Assembly: GCF_963921235.1 (NCBI RefSeq)
Contig: NC_086100.1
Location: 200,882,001-200,946,000 of the forward strand
Origin: Mobula hypostoma
Lineage: Eukaryota
Direction of reading: 5' to 3'
Length of the DNA stretch: 64,000 bases
Every line of letters begins with the position of its first letter. Positions within the stretch are counted from its first letter, which is position 1. Positions 22,963 through 33,599 of this stretch are shown piece after piece. The notes beneath the pieces were generated by a model, which ran no database searches, was not told where the DNA came from, and was given only the letters and a program-made list of their open reading frames with translations. A program made the translations under genes and the position numbers.

Positions 22963-25900
22963 CTGCAGGAAGACCCAAGAGTGTTCGAGTTAGAAGACAG
23001 GCAGCTCGTGCTCTCCGTTTTAACCCTCTACTCAGTCAGATCCTTACCTCATTCTCTATTTTAACCCTCTTCTCAGGCGGCTCCTGGTCCTCCTCAGCCA
23101 GCTCCCTCTCCGCTGCTGCAGCTTCCAGTGCTCGTTTCTCCCTCTTCTTCCTCCTTTTCTCTTTCTTCTCCATTTTACGTTTCAGCTGTGCTGTCACCTC
23201 CGCTGCCTGCAAGGAGACAACTGCTGGTGAGTTCTGCTGTGGCAGGGAGGGCCAGGTAACACACACCAGCAGCCCTGCTGGAATCACCAAACCAAACAGA
23301 CCCAATTGGATCAGCCTCATTAAATCAGTCTTTTCCCTCCAGTGTTAGTCAGGTGGGTAATGTCACATCACCTCCATCAGATCTGCCCAGGACGAGGCAC
23401 ACTAAACACACAGCTTGCTCTGACACCCACCTCAGCAGCAGCCTCCTTCATGACATCGATATTCTTGCGAGGAGCCTCTCCCGTCTCATAGAACGCCAGC
23501 CGCTCTTCAACCTGGTCTCGTAGCTTGTCTCCAAACACGTTAGTGGGGACCTCTGTGGAAGGTTGGACAAGGAATGTGTGATGGACTAACACCGGGAACC
23601 GAAGGAACCCCACACAGCACACCACTCTGCTCAGAAGGTAGCTGTCAACATTCACAGCAGTGAGATGCTGTTGACGAAAAATAGAGCATCACTGCAGCTG
23701 CCTGGAGTGGAGCAGCAGACACCTCCCCACACCCACTCACCTGAGAAGCAGTCAATTCTGGAAGCAATCGTACATTTGTTAGCCAAGTAACGCGAGATGC
23801 GGCCCTTGTTTTTAGCAGCTGCTCTGCCGATGAAGGTGGAGTGGAAGATCAGACCGTACTTGGGAGTGTTGCTCCTCGTCTTCAGGGCCCTGCAGTCCGC
23901 AAAAATGGAAGCAAAGGTTAAAACACGACTCCATTCACCACAAGGACCGGAACCCTCTGCCATACCAATGAGCAATTATTCCAACAAGCAGGCAGCACAA
24001 TAGGTGAGCTGCTGAGACCCACATCTGGTCCTGAGCCTAGGTAGTTGACAGCTCTCCCAGGGCTTCCAGCTTCCCATGAACAAGAAGCATTTGATGGCTC
24101 TGGGCCTGATGCTGTTTTGGGGGGGGGGGGGGGAGAGAAGAGAGAATAATCTCATCAAAATCCATTATTGAAAGGAGCAGAGCAGATGTGGAGGCGATTT
24201 TTTCCTGTAGTGGCAGAGTCAGGACCAATGGGCATAGCCTCAGAACACAGGCGCTGCCTTAGAACAGATGAGGAATTTTTTTAGCCAGAGGGTAGTTAGT
24301 CTGAAATTCACTGCCATTAACAGTTGTAGAGATCAAGTCACTGGCCATCAAAGGTTACAGGGAGACAGGAGAATGCGGTTGAGGACAACAAATCAGCCAT
24401 GATGAAATGGGCTGATTCGCCTAATTTTGCTCCCAAGTCCAAAAGCATGGACAGTTTAGTTACTGTCTGAAGACTAGTGGGAGGTAGTAAATGGGCATGA
24501 CAAGAGTGGCTGGGGTGATGGCAGATGCAGAAAGATTAGATACTCAGACAGGCACATGAATGTGAAGGAAATGTAAGTATATGGCTTGTTTGATCACTAA
24601 TTTAACTGCTTCAGCACACTGTGCTGTACTGGTCTATGTTGTAATGGGTTACAGGGAACTGGTACTGACTAAATACCCCAAGAGTCAGCTGCACTATTCA
24701 GCCCATTGAGTATGTCATGGGAGAACACAGAGGACCACCACTTTAAAGATAACAATTAGAACAAGACTGGAGGAACATGACAGAAAGACAAAATACCTGC
24801 CAAACCCCTGAACAGACATGCACACTGCACCATAATGAAGCAAAGTGGTGGCTGCTCAGAGCCTGGGGTCTGGTATCACACACACTGCGGACAGTGCATC
24901 AACAAGGACTCCCAGTCTGCTGCCATCATCACAGCCACCCTGCAGTTGTACCTGAACAGAGCTTTCTCTGCTCCCAGGATCTGTACTGTCGAGGCCGGGT
25001 ACTTGGCCAGATTAGTCAGGCTGCCTGCGTGCGAGATCAGACGAGCTCCAACCTGCAGGGAGAAAACCACAACTTAAACTGCAAGCAAATACCAGAATCA
25101 GCTTTGTTCTTTTTATCAATTAATCTCCCTTAATTTTTGTCTGACGCCATCCATTTTAATTCCTTGCTCTTTCTTTTTCTAGTTTAGAATTTATTTTCTG
25201 AGATTCAGCACCCTTCCCGTCCTTGCCACCAGGAAGTCACGTGACTTACTGAACAAAAGAGCAGATTGTCTGCCCAGAAACTCACTCCCCAGGAATACAG
25301 TGCTAGCACATTAGCATACGTTCTCCCCATATATAGAGTAAGAGTTGTCGTGGCCACAGATGGCACAGTGATTAGATTACCTTTATTTGTCACGTGTACA
25401 TCAAAACACAGTGAATGCACTGCGACAGACTACACGTGACAAATAAAGGTAATCTAATCACTGTGCCATCTGTGGCCACGACAACACTTACACTAAGTGA
25501 ATCTGGGAATCTTCCCGCTCCATGACCAGGTGCTCTCTAACCTGCTGGAGGCCTGACAGGAATATCCCAGCAGAGGCAAGCATATTCTGAGCACTAAGCT
25601 GCCGGGAGACAAACACCAGACACTTACCACCTCTCCAATGAGCGTGGCCAGGTTCGGTGCCACCTGGTTCATCTTGGAACGCAGATATTCCTGGAGAGTT
25701 TTCCTGTATTCGGCAAGAGAGACCACTCTGTTCGAGAAGCTCTCGATGTTAATGAGATCAATGGGAGAGATATCCATTCCTGCAACAGGAGAGTAATTAT
25801 TGACAGACATCTTGGAACCAGAACAAACCCAAGCTGTGCAACTACTGAAGTATAGGTAAATGCTTTAAATTAATGCCCCATGTTGAAAACATTAGGCCCC

Positions 25901-28900
25901 CTCCAGCACACGTGGTCGTGGTCACGTCAGGCAGTATATAGGAACATGCCGTTTGGCCCAACTGGTCTGTGCCATTCCCAGCCAAGCAGGTCCGAATTGC
26001 CAATGTTTAGCCCATATCCCTCTACGCTTGTCCTATCCATAACCAAGCTGAACTGAATTGAAGCTGAAGGCACCTCATATTGTGGAGTTACCCAGCACCC
26101 TATCATGGGGCAGAGGGGAACGACTAACCCAGGAGCAAATAACTAGCTGCTCCACAAATGGCAGAGCGTTGCCTTTAGATTATCCCTTCTCCAGACCCCA
26201 CCCCACAGTCTAGAGCCCATCACCCACTTACCCATGGAGCTGCGCGATGCATCCAGGATGGCCTGGGCCTTGGCACTATCCATCACAATCTCCTCCAGCG
26301 CCGGCAGACTCTCCTCGGTAAGCTCCTTCCTGTTTCCGATCAGCTTTGCCAGCCGGCAGTAGGTGTAGTTTTCACCCACAATCTTGATGAGCTCTGGGAA
26401 ATGGTAGCCATACCACTCTCTGCAAGGATGAGAGAATGTCAGGATATAGCAGAGCAGGCAATCCCCGTCCTCAATGTGCAGCACAGCCTGTCAAAGCCAG
26501 CAATCTGTGTCTCCCTGACAACAATCCAGCCCAGGCCACAGGAAGAGCCGGACTGGGGTGTAACAGGGATCTTGCTCTGCCTCCCCTTCCTGTACAGGTT
26601 CTCCAAACGAGAGCAGAGCCTGTGGTAAGCTTGGGGAGATCCAGTACCTCAAAAGCTCCTGGTCACTCACCCCTACCTTCTCCCATGGGTGCCGGTAATT
26701 CAATACACATCCAACGATCAGGGCGGATGGATAGCACTGTATTACATCAAACACCAGAGGACACACGCTTAACATTCGGGGGGGTGGGAGGAGATCATGT
26801 TGGGCAAGTTTAAAGGCAATCTTTCTTTTTTGTTCCAAAGAGAAAAGCTTGGGCTCGCTCAACCTTTCAAAACATGCTCTCTAGTGCAGTCAGCACCCTG
26901 AAAAATCTCCTGAACTCCCAACAGCTTCCACATCCTTCCTACAATGAGATTCTAAAATACGCTAATTATTGGCCAAGCCTGCGGGTACCTGACCCTCATA
27001 GAGAATTGCTGAATTACCTGACCCTCATGGAAAAAGTGTTTATGTCCTTGTCCAGCTGGTCCAACAGGCTGATGGACTGAATGATCATATTATCAACCCG
27101 ATTGACATTGAACTTGACCTTGGCGCGCGAGTAGCTGTGGCCCAACCCCAACTGGGCCTTGGCAGCGGAGAGTGCAGTCAGGCCCTGGATCAGGGAATGG
27201 AAATGCAGGCGGACACCTAGACCAAAACAGCGGAGAACCAGTGAATCAGGAGAGGTTAACACACCAACAGAAGACACCTCACAACACCAACCAGGCAACA
27301 GGGAGACACTCTCACCCCATTATCTAATGGCCTAACAGATTGGCATTATGCACTCAGGGCGGCAAGAACAGGCAGATAGAGTAAGCACAGTACACACCCT
27401 TCAGCCCAAGATCTTGTACTAATCATTAAACTTACTGCAAGATCAATCTCTTCACTCCCACACAGCCTCTATTTTTCTATCCATGTGCCTTTCCAAGTCT
27501 CTAATCATCTCTAATGTATTTGCCTCTACCATCACCCCTGGCAGGGCATTCCAGATACTCTGCTATCACCCTATCTGCTCCTCTAATCACATTAAAATTA
27601 TGCCCCATTACATCCTGCTGTCTACTATGCCTCTTATCTTGTTTCATCAGGTGACTCACCACGAAGTATCTCGGCCACCACCCCTCCTGCTTGGCACTGG
27701 ATGCCAAGCTCTTCCTGGATGGCCGCTCCCAGCTTCTGATCGCCCACGCCAAGCATCACCTTCCTTTTCTTGCTGGAAGCCGGCATGTTGGTCTCCAACA
27801 GCAGCCTCATGTCCTCATGAACGATACCTGGGAGGGAGCAAGTTGCAGTTTGAGAGGAGCGGAGCTGGAGCAGGGGAGGGAGACGCGTTGCTCGCTGCAG
27901 TGCTCAGTCTCACTGGTTCACTTCACTGGAAGTCAGTGGATTGACAGATTTGATTAATGAGTCATCATCGCACTGAGGAATGCCCAATGCCAGTCCCCAC
28001 AAACTCTCCACCCCAGACCAAGCAGAGAAAGCAACTCAGCCAGCCAGGAAAAGTCACTGCAAACTGAGAGCTGTCGCAACCAATTACCAGCCAAACAAAC
28101 TGTACTCCTACATCCCTCCTCACCCAGCTTGCTGCTAGTCACACTACAGCTGAACTCGATACTTGGAATATTATCAAGACAAAATACTGGAGTAACTGAG
28201 CAGGCCAGGCAGCATCTATAGAAAAGTTGTCAACATTTCCGGCTGAGACCCTTCAGCAGAACTAGAGAAAAAGATGGGTGGAGGGGGCAGGGAGAAACAC
28301 AAGGTGATGGGTGAAACCTGAAGGGTTCACCAAGTTGATTTGTGAAAGAGACACAAGGCTGGAGAAGGGGGAGTCTGATAGGAGAGGACAGAAGGCATGG
28401 AAGAAAGAGGGGTGGGGCACCAGAGGCAGGTGATGGGCAGGCAGACAAGGGGAGAGGGAATGGTTAAGGTTGGGGTTGGGAACTACCAAAAGTTTGAGAA
28501 ATCGATGTTCAGGCCATTGTGTGGCCTGACAATGATGGATGGACATATCAGAAGGGGAATAGGAAGTGGAATTAAAATGGGTGTCCACCCGGAGATCCTG
28601 CTTTTATTGGGCAGACAGAGTGTAGGTGCTCAGCGAAGCAGTCTCATCAATATACAGAGGCCACGCTGGGAGCAGAGTGTATGACCAACAGACTCGCAGG
28701 TGAATTGTTGCCTCACTTGGAAAGACTGGGGCCCTGAATGGTAGTGAGGGAGGAGACGACGTAGGGGCAGGTGTAGCATTTGTTCCACATGTAAGGATAA
28801 GTGCCAGGGGAGATCAGTGGGGAGGGATGAATAGACAAGGGTGTCCCTTAGGGAGTGATCCCTATGGAAAGCAGGTGGTGTGTGTGTGTGTGGGGGGGGG

Positions 28901-30964
28901 GGAGGGAGAAGAGATGTACAACATAAAGTGCTTTGATTCTCAACATCTGCAGGTTTTTTTTATTTGTGACATTAAGTATTATGTTTATTCTGCTCAGGAT
29001 GAGAATAACACTGAGTGAGCTAGATGTACAAGTGCACTACTTCTTTTCCATAGAAGCTACCTGACCTACCGAGTCCCTCCGGAATTTTGTGTTGCATGGA
29101 TTGCCACAACACCCACACCCTGGGAATAAATTAGAAGCCTGGATATCAAACTCTTGACATGTTGGGAGGTCTGTTCACATGGGAGCAACGGGGACTTGTT
29201 TGCTGTTGTGCTCTGCTGAACATGGTGTGGTGGGCATGTCATGTTGGCGTGGTGACACCTGCCGGCTACATCCCTGGGTGGATTGGCTGTTGATGTACAT
29301 GCCAGGGGATATAAGCACATGTTGGAGATAGTGAGCAGCTCACTCACTGGAGTTAACCCATTACCCCATTTGAAACACTCACCTTCAGAAACAGCATTGA
29401 TGTTCTCCAGGGCACTCTGCGCAGATTTAAACGGCGAGAACGCCACCAGTTTAACAATGTTGTTGAACTTTCCAATGGACACAATGCTCTCCTCCACCTG
29501 TCAGGCAGAAACTACATGATAGGTACACCATGGTCATAGAAACAGAAAACCTACAGCACAATACAGACACTTCAGCCCACAAAGCTGTGCCAAACATGTC
29601 CACACGTCTTTACCTAGGCTTATACATAGCCCTCTATTTTTCTAAGCTCCATGTACCTATCCAGCAGTCTCTTAAAAGACTATCGTATCTGCCTCCACCA
29701 CTGCTGCCGGCAGCCCATTCCATGCACTCACCACTCTCTGCATAGAAAGAACTTACCCCGACATCTCTTCAGTACCTACTTCCAAGCATTAAAACTATGC
29801 CATCTCGTGCTAGCCATTTCACCCCTGGGAAAAAGCCTCTATCCACACGATCAATGCCTCTCATTATCTTATACACCTCTATCAGGTCACCTCTCATCCT
29901 CCGTCGCTCCAAGGAGAAAAAGCCAAGTTCACTCAACCTGTTTTCACAAGGCATGCTCCCCAATCCAGGCAACATCCTTGTAAATCAAATCTCCTCTGCA
30001 CCCTTCCTATGGCTTCCACATCCTTCCGGTAGTGAGGTGACCATGTTCAAAGAGCATCTTGTGCTCAATAATTCAGAAATAAAATCCAACATTAGCTCAT
30101 TCCCACACAGATCCCATGAGCCAAAATGTGACCCCAACCCAGTGAAATCTAAAGTTTAAAGTAAACTTATTTTTATAGTATGTAATTAAAATACAAAAAA
30201 ACAGAATCAATGAAGAAGCACACACAAGATAGACATTTTCGTCACTTTTTCAGTAATTTTATGCTTTTGCATTTCTGCCTCCAAATTTCACGACATATAA
30301 ATCTGTAACTAAGTCGGATTTATGTTTTAAGCATCAAAAACCGGACTGCAATGTCAATATTGAACACAGCAGTCTGACGCCGCAAGCCTAAAATGGACGT
30401 AAACAAAATATAACGGGTATAGCACGTATAAAGGGGATGAAAGTTCAGCAAGAGCATGAAGCTGAGACATAAAGGAATTTAGTAAGCGGGTAAGTATGTA
30501 CGTGACGAGAACATCCGCCAAGTTTGGCGGCACGTCCGGACGAGAAACGAAAGGGTCAGGAAGAATTCAGCGTGCGTACTGCGGGAGAGGGCGGCCTGTA
30601 GTCCAGGCCCCACACGTGGTGGCTGCGGCCCTGGTGGGGGGGGGGGAGGGGAGAGATGCCAACAGGCCGGCCGATCGATAACGATATCCTCACCTGAGGC
30701 AGCAGCAGGCCGATCTCCTCCACCTCCTTCACCGCTAGCAGCGCGTAGCCGGCGGCGTGCTCGAACAACACATGCAGCAGCACCTGCAGGGTGGCAGAAA
30801 CAGCGTCAGGGGGCGGCCACGCACTCGACCCCGGAGACCCCAGCTGGCCACGCCGCTCCTCACTTCCCCCACCCCTCGCCACAGCCCGAGGCCTAACCCG
30901 GCCCGCGCTCCCCTCTCCCATGCCCGACTCCCTCACGGCGCCATGACCCAGGCCTGCTCACCAT
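22732..30964 (-). CDS. NOP56: Nucleolar protein 56 (box C/D snoRNP core protein), complete spliced CDS, 558 aa
   Basis: complement(join(30962-30964,30694-30783,29383-29497,27660-27827,27018-27216,26232-26419,25628-25779,24952-25052,23741-23889,23431-23552,23048-23206,22732-22962)) = 1677 nt, GT-AG introns, frame intact. Motifs [88 protein letters not shown], Lys-rich tail. Confidence 0.97.
23048..23206 (-). CDS. NOP56: NOP56 exon 11
   Basis: ttgcag|GCA...AATGAG|gtaagg, 159 nt. Confidence 0.92.
23307..23376 (-). ncRNA. SNORD57: Box C/D snoRNA SNORD57 orthologue (NOP56 intron 10)
   Basis: TGGA/TCCA stem, variant box C GTGATGT, D' CTGA (23349-23352), D CTGA (23311-23314). Guide ACTGATTTAATGAG is antisense to 18S rRNA CUCAUUAAAUCAGU. 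Confidence 0.9.
23431..23552 (-). CDS. NOP56: NOP56 exon 10
   Basis: ccacag|AG...GCTGAG|gtgggt, 122 nt. Confidence 0.95.
23627..23697 (-). ncRNA. SNORD56: Box C/D snoRNA SNORD56 orthologue (NOP56 intron 9)
   Basis: Stem CTGC/GCAG, variant box C GTGATGC, D CTGA (23631-23634). Guide TATTTTTCGTCA is antisense to 18S rRNA UGACGAAAAAUA. Confidence 0.9.
23741..23889 (-). CDS. NOP56: NOP56 exon 9
   Basis: ctgcag|G...TCAG|gtgagt, 149 nt. Confidence 0.95.
24847..24939 (-). ncRNA. SNORD86: Box C/D snoRNA, SNORD86-like (NOP56 intron 8)
   Basis: 8-bp terminal stem GGTGGCTG/CAGCCACC, box C GTGATGA (24926-24932), box D CTGA (24856-24859). Same intron and 5'-proximal position as human SNORD86. Orthology is inferred mainly from position. 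Confidence 0.8.
24952..25052 (-). CDS. NOP56: NOP56 exon 8
   Basis: ctgcag|GTT...TTCAG|gtacaa (weak donor), 101 nt. Confidence 0.95.
25628..25779 (-). CDS. NOP56: NOP56 exon 7
   Basis: ttgcag|GA...GAGGTG|gtaagt, 152 nt. Confidence 0.95.
26232..26419 (-). CDS. NOP56: NOP56 exon 6
   Basis: ttgcag|A...ATGG|gtaagt, 188 nt. Confidence 0.95.
26505..26640 (-). ncRNA. SNORA51: Box H/ACA snoRNA SNORA51 orthologue (NOP56 intron 5)
   Basis: Two hairpins (CTCCCC...GGGGAG; TCCCTG...CAGGGA), H box AGAGCA (26573-26578), ACA near the 3' end. GCTTACCACAGGCT segment recalled from human SNORA51. Ends are +/-3 nt. Confidence 0.8.
27018..27216 (-). CDS. NOP56: NOP56 exon 5
   Basis: gtctag|GT...GTCAG|gtaatt, 199 nt. 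Confidence 0.95.
27660..27827 (-). CDS. NOP56: NOP56 exon 4
   Basis: tcccag|GT...CGTG|gtgagt, 168 nt, [15 protein letters not shown]...GGVVAEILR. Confidence 0.94.
27898..27975 (-). ncRNA. SNORD110: Box C/D snoRNA SNORD110 orthologue (NOP56 intron 3)
   Basis: Terminal stem CAGTGC/GCACTG, box C ATGATGA (27962-27968), D' CTGA (27933-27936), D CTGA (27904-27907). Guide AATCTGTCAATCC is antisense to 18S rRNA GGAUUGACAGAUU. Confidence 0.9.
28180..28950 (-). mobile_element. Old Penelope fragment (GIY-YIG relic + tail) in NOP56 intron 3
   Basis: [16 protein letters not shown] resembles the 13.7-kb GIY-YIG region; degenerate hammerhead at about 28225-28265. Confidence 0.75.
29383..29497 (-). CDS. 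NOP56: NOP56 exon 3
   Basis: tgacag|GTG...GAAG|gtgagt, 115 nt. Confidence 0.95.
29537..30045 (-). mobile_element. CR1 3' fragment in NOP56 intron 2
   Basis: [42 protein letters not shown]-like tail. Confidence 0.85.
30694..30783 (-). CDS. NOP56: NOP56 exon 2
   Basis: ctgcag|GTG...CCTCAG|gtgagg, 90 nt, [30 protein letters not shown]. Confidence 0.95.
30962..30964 (-). CDS. NOP56: NOP56 exon 1 coding part (ATG only)
   Basis: GGCGGCGTC-ATG|gtgagc on minus strand, in frame with exon 2. Confidence 0.85.
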
Positions 30965-31284
30965 GACGCCGCCGCCACCCTCGACAACCTCCCGCTCCGA
31001 CTGAGGCTCGGCGCCGCGTGACGCAGCATCTTATACCGGCCCACCTCGTAGCAAAGCGGGCTCTGACTGGCTGCCCAACGCAGGCTAATTAGCATAGAGG
31101 AGGCGGCTGAGCGGGACTTTCAAACGCCGCGCTCTGGATGGATCCCGCGCAACCGGGTGGAGGCGGGGTGGCGCCTGAAGACAGACCGGTAGTTCAGCTA
31201 TATCTGACAGGCAGATATTATGCGTTCTTATATATCTAAACAGATGGTCCAAAACATCCAGTAGTTAGTGTTCAGGTGTAATTT

Positions 31285-31640
31285 TATAGAACATAGTTGT
31301 GCCGACCCTCAAACCCTCCCTCCCTTAAATTCCTCCATATACCTGTCTAGTAGTCTCTTAAACTTCACTAGTGTATCTGCCTCCACCACTGACTCAGGCA
31401 GTGCATTCCACGCACCAACCACTCTCTGAGTAAAAAAACCTTCCTCTAATATCCCCCTTGAACTTCCCACCCCTTACCTTAAAGCCATGTCCTCTTGTAT
31501 TGAGCAGTGGTGCCCTGGGGAAGAGGCGCTGGCTATCCACTCTATCTATTCCTCTTAATATCTTGTATACCTCTATCATGTCTCCTCTCATCCTCCTTCT
31601 CTCCAAAGAGTAAAGCCCTAGCTGCCTTAATCTCTGATCA
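31285..31640 (-). mobile_element. CR1 3' fragment
   Basis: Near-identical to 17848-18158. Confidence 0.85.
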
Positions 31641-31924
31641 TAATGCATAATGATCATATAAGACCTTCTTTTGCAAAAAGGCAAAAACACAATATTTGAG
31701 GCAGCATCCTGAACCTGTCATTGAAGCAGTAGTGGCTGGAAAACCCATGGGAGTCAGAAGTCAGGAAAAGAGTGTGAGGCTTTCATTCGGCAATATCCAT
31801 CTAACAGGGCAGTATGTTTAAAAATTTAAAAGATTCAAAATTAGTTTTATGGTATTTGTCAAATGTACATTGAAACATACGGTGAAATGCATTGTTTCTA
31901 TCAAATCAAATTGGCAAAGATTGT

Positions 31925-32143
31925 AAACAACAGGAATTCTGCAGATGCTGGAAATTCAAGCAACACACATCAAAGTTGCTGGTGAACGCAGCAGGCCAAG
32001 CAGCATCTATAGGAAGAGGCGCAGTCGACGTTTCAGGCCGAGACGTGGACGAAGGGTCTCGGCCTGAAACGTTGACTGCGCCTCTTCCTATAGATGCTGC
32101 TTGGCCTGCTGCATTCACCAGCAACTTTGATGTGTGTTGCTTG
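31925..32143. mobile_element. Fold-back (inverted) Penelope tail insertion
   Basis: 88-bp arms 31957-32044 / 32056-32143 with 2 mismatches; flanking direct repeat TTGGCAAAGATTGT (31911-31924, 32141-32154). Confidence 0.85.
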
Positions 32144-33599
32144 GCAAAGATTGTGCTGGGCAGCCCGCAAGCGTTGCCACCCCCCCCCCCCAGGCGCCGG
32201 GATAACTTGCCCATAACAACAAACCATGCATTTTTGGAATGTGGAAAGAAACCCACACCATCACGGGGAGAACATACAATCTCCTTACAGAACTCCGATG
32301 TTACAGCTGTCACTGTAATAGCATTATATTAACTGTACTGCCCCCTCCCAGAAAGGTAATAACTATTAACACCATAAAATGAAAGAGGCATGCAAACATT
32401 GACCTTAAGGAAGTTTCTCTCACAGCTGACCATAAATTGATTGAGTTAAAGTGCTAGTGATCTATGAAAAACCTCCAGATCCTGAAGGAAGCTTTAAGTA
32501 TAAAAGAAGATGGGCTGAAATTTGGGGAAGCCAGTAATGTTGGCAAATCCACAAATTCACTTTATTTCCTACAGCTTAGCACATCAGTGAAATTAGCAAT
32601 ACAGTAAAGAGGGGCAAACTGTAAAATATGGCATTGATCACAATAAGCTGGCTGTACTGACCCTACAGTTTAATAGCTACCTTGATCTTAACTTGTAGAG
32701 CAGTCAGATAAGGGTATGAATCTATAGTTGAGACTACAGAACATTGTAGATCTGTGTGACAACTACCTTAGTTAACTGCCGTCTACAGCAGGGTTTCACA
32801 ACTTTTTTTATGCCATGGAATCTTACCATTAATCGAGGGGTCCATGGACCCTAGGACTCTACAGAAATGTGGATACTTGCAGTGCTCAAGGTAGGACTAC
32901 AGGTTCTGTCGGGTAAGGTCTTCGGCTACCACCTTTTAAATGCTTCCTCCCTTAAATTTTGTGTAAGTCTTGATTTCTCTACCAGTTGAAATCCCATTCT
33001 GTTTTACTGCTACATCAGTGAAAGCATCACATATACATAAGAGCTTCCAAATTATGAAATTCCATTGAAGCTCATTATAAACACCTAAAGTGACTCAGTG
33101 TACTTTAGAATGACTCACAGCTTCCAGAGTGCCCTGCAGCAGAATCCATATGTGGCAAGTGACAATATGAGTATCCTTTTAAATAACACAGTTGGAGAGC
33201 CATCATTATTCTTAAAATCTTGTTGGCTTGTGAGTGACCAATGACAGTTCAGTTTGGAAGAACATCATTAAATTTCACCTAGCAACACTAGAAAAACAGT
33301 ATCATTTTATGCTATTGTGACATTATTAAATACAGGTCCAATGCCAGAAACAACTCATCCATACATGCACACCTCATGTTGGAGAGGTTTTCTGCAGCGA
33401 ACCAAAATCGACGAATAGTCATTTGCACACTTCACTTCATGCATTACATTTTCATGACCCTGAAATAAACAATGCTGTTTTAAATGATGTGTTACTAAAC
33501 AATTGTTCAAGATCAATTCATGGATAATTCATGGTGAAAGAGTTGAGAAGCACTTCACTATCTATTCCAGACAAGTTCTTGTAGCTAGATTATGTTCAA

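Larger units (their letters stand above)
30500..31200 (-). promoter_or_regulatory. NOP56 CpG island / promoter
   Basis: CpG-dense GC-rich island. On the minus strand: TATA-like TATAAG (31030-31035), ATGCTAAT (31088-31095), CHR-like TTTGAA (31119-31124). GC box near 31160. E-box CACGTG at 30613-30618. Individual motifs are untested. Confidence 0.75.

Noticed and set aside
22484..23348. Plus-strand ORFs of 169 and 241 aa with poly-Phe/Ser
   Set aside because: They are antisense shadows of the Lys/Glu-rich NOP56 exons 11-12
28225..28265. Active hammerhead sense in NOP56 intron 3
   Set aside because: Core mutated (CTGCTGA, GUU triplet); likewise the copies at about 18400 (GTGACGA), 19010, 33825 (GCC triplet) and 47980 (split by an insertion)
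30946..30956. AGGCCTGGG in NOP56 intron 1 resembling the human SCA36 GGCCTG repeat
   Set aside because: It is a single unit in a GC-rich island, expected by chance, with no tandem array
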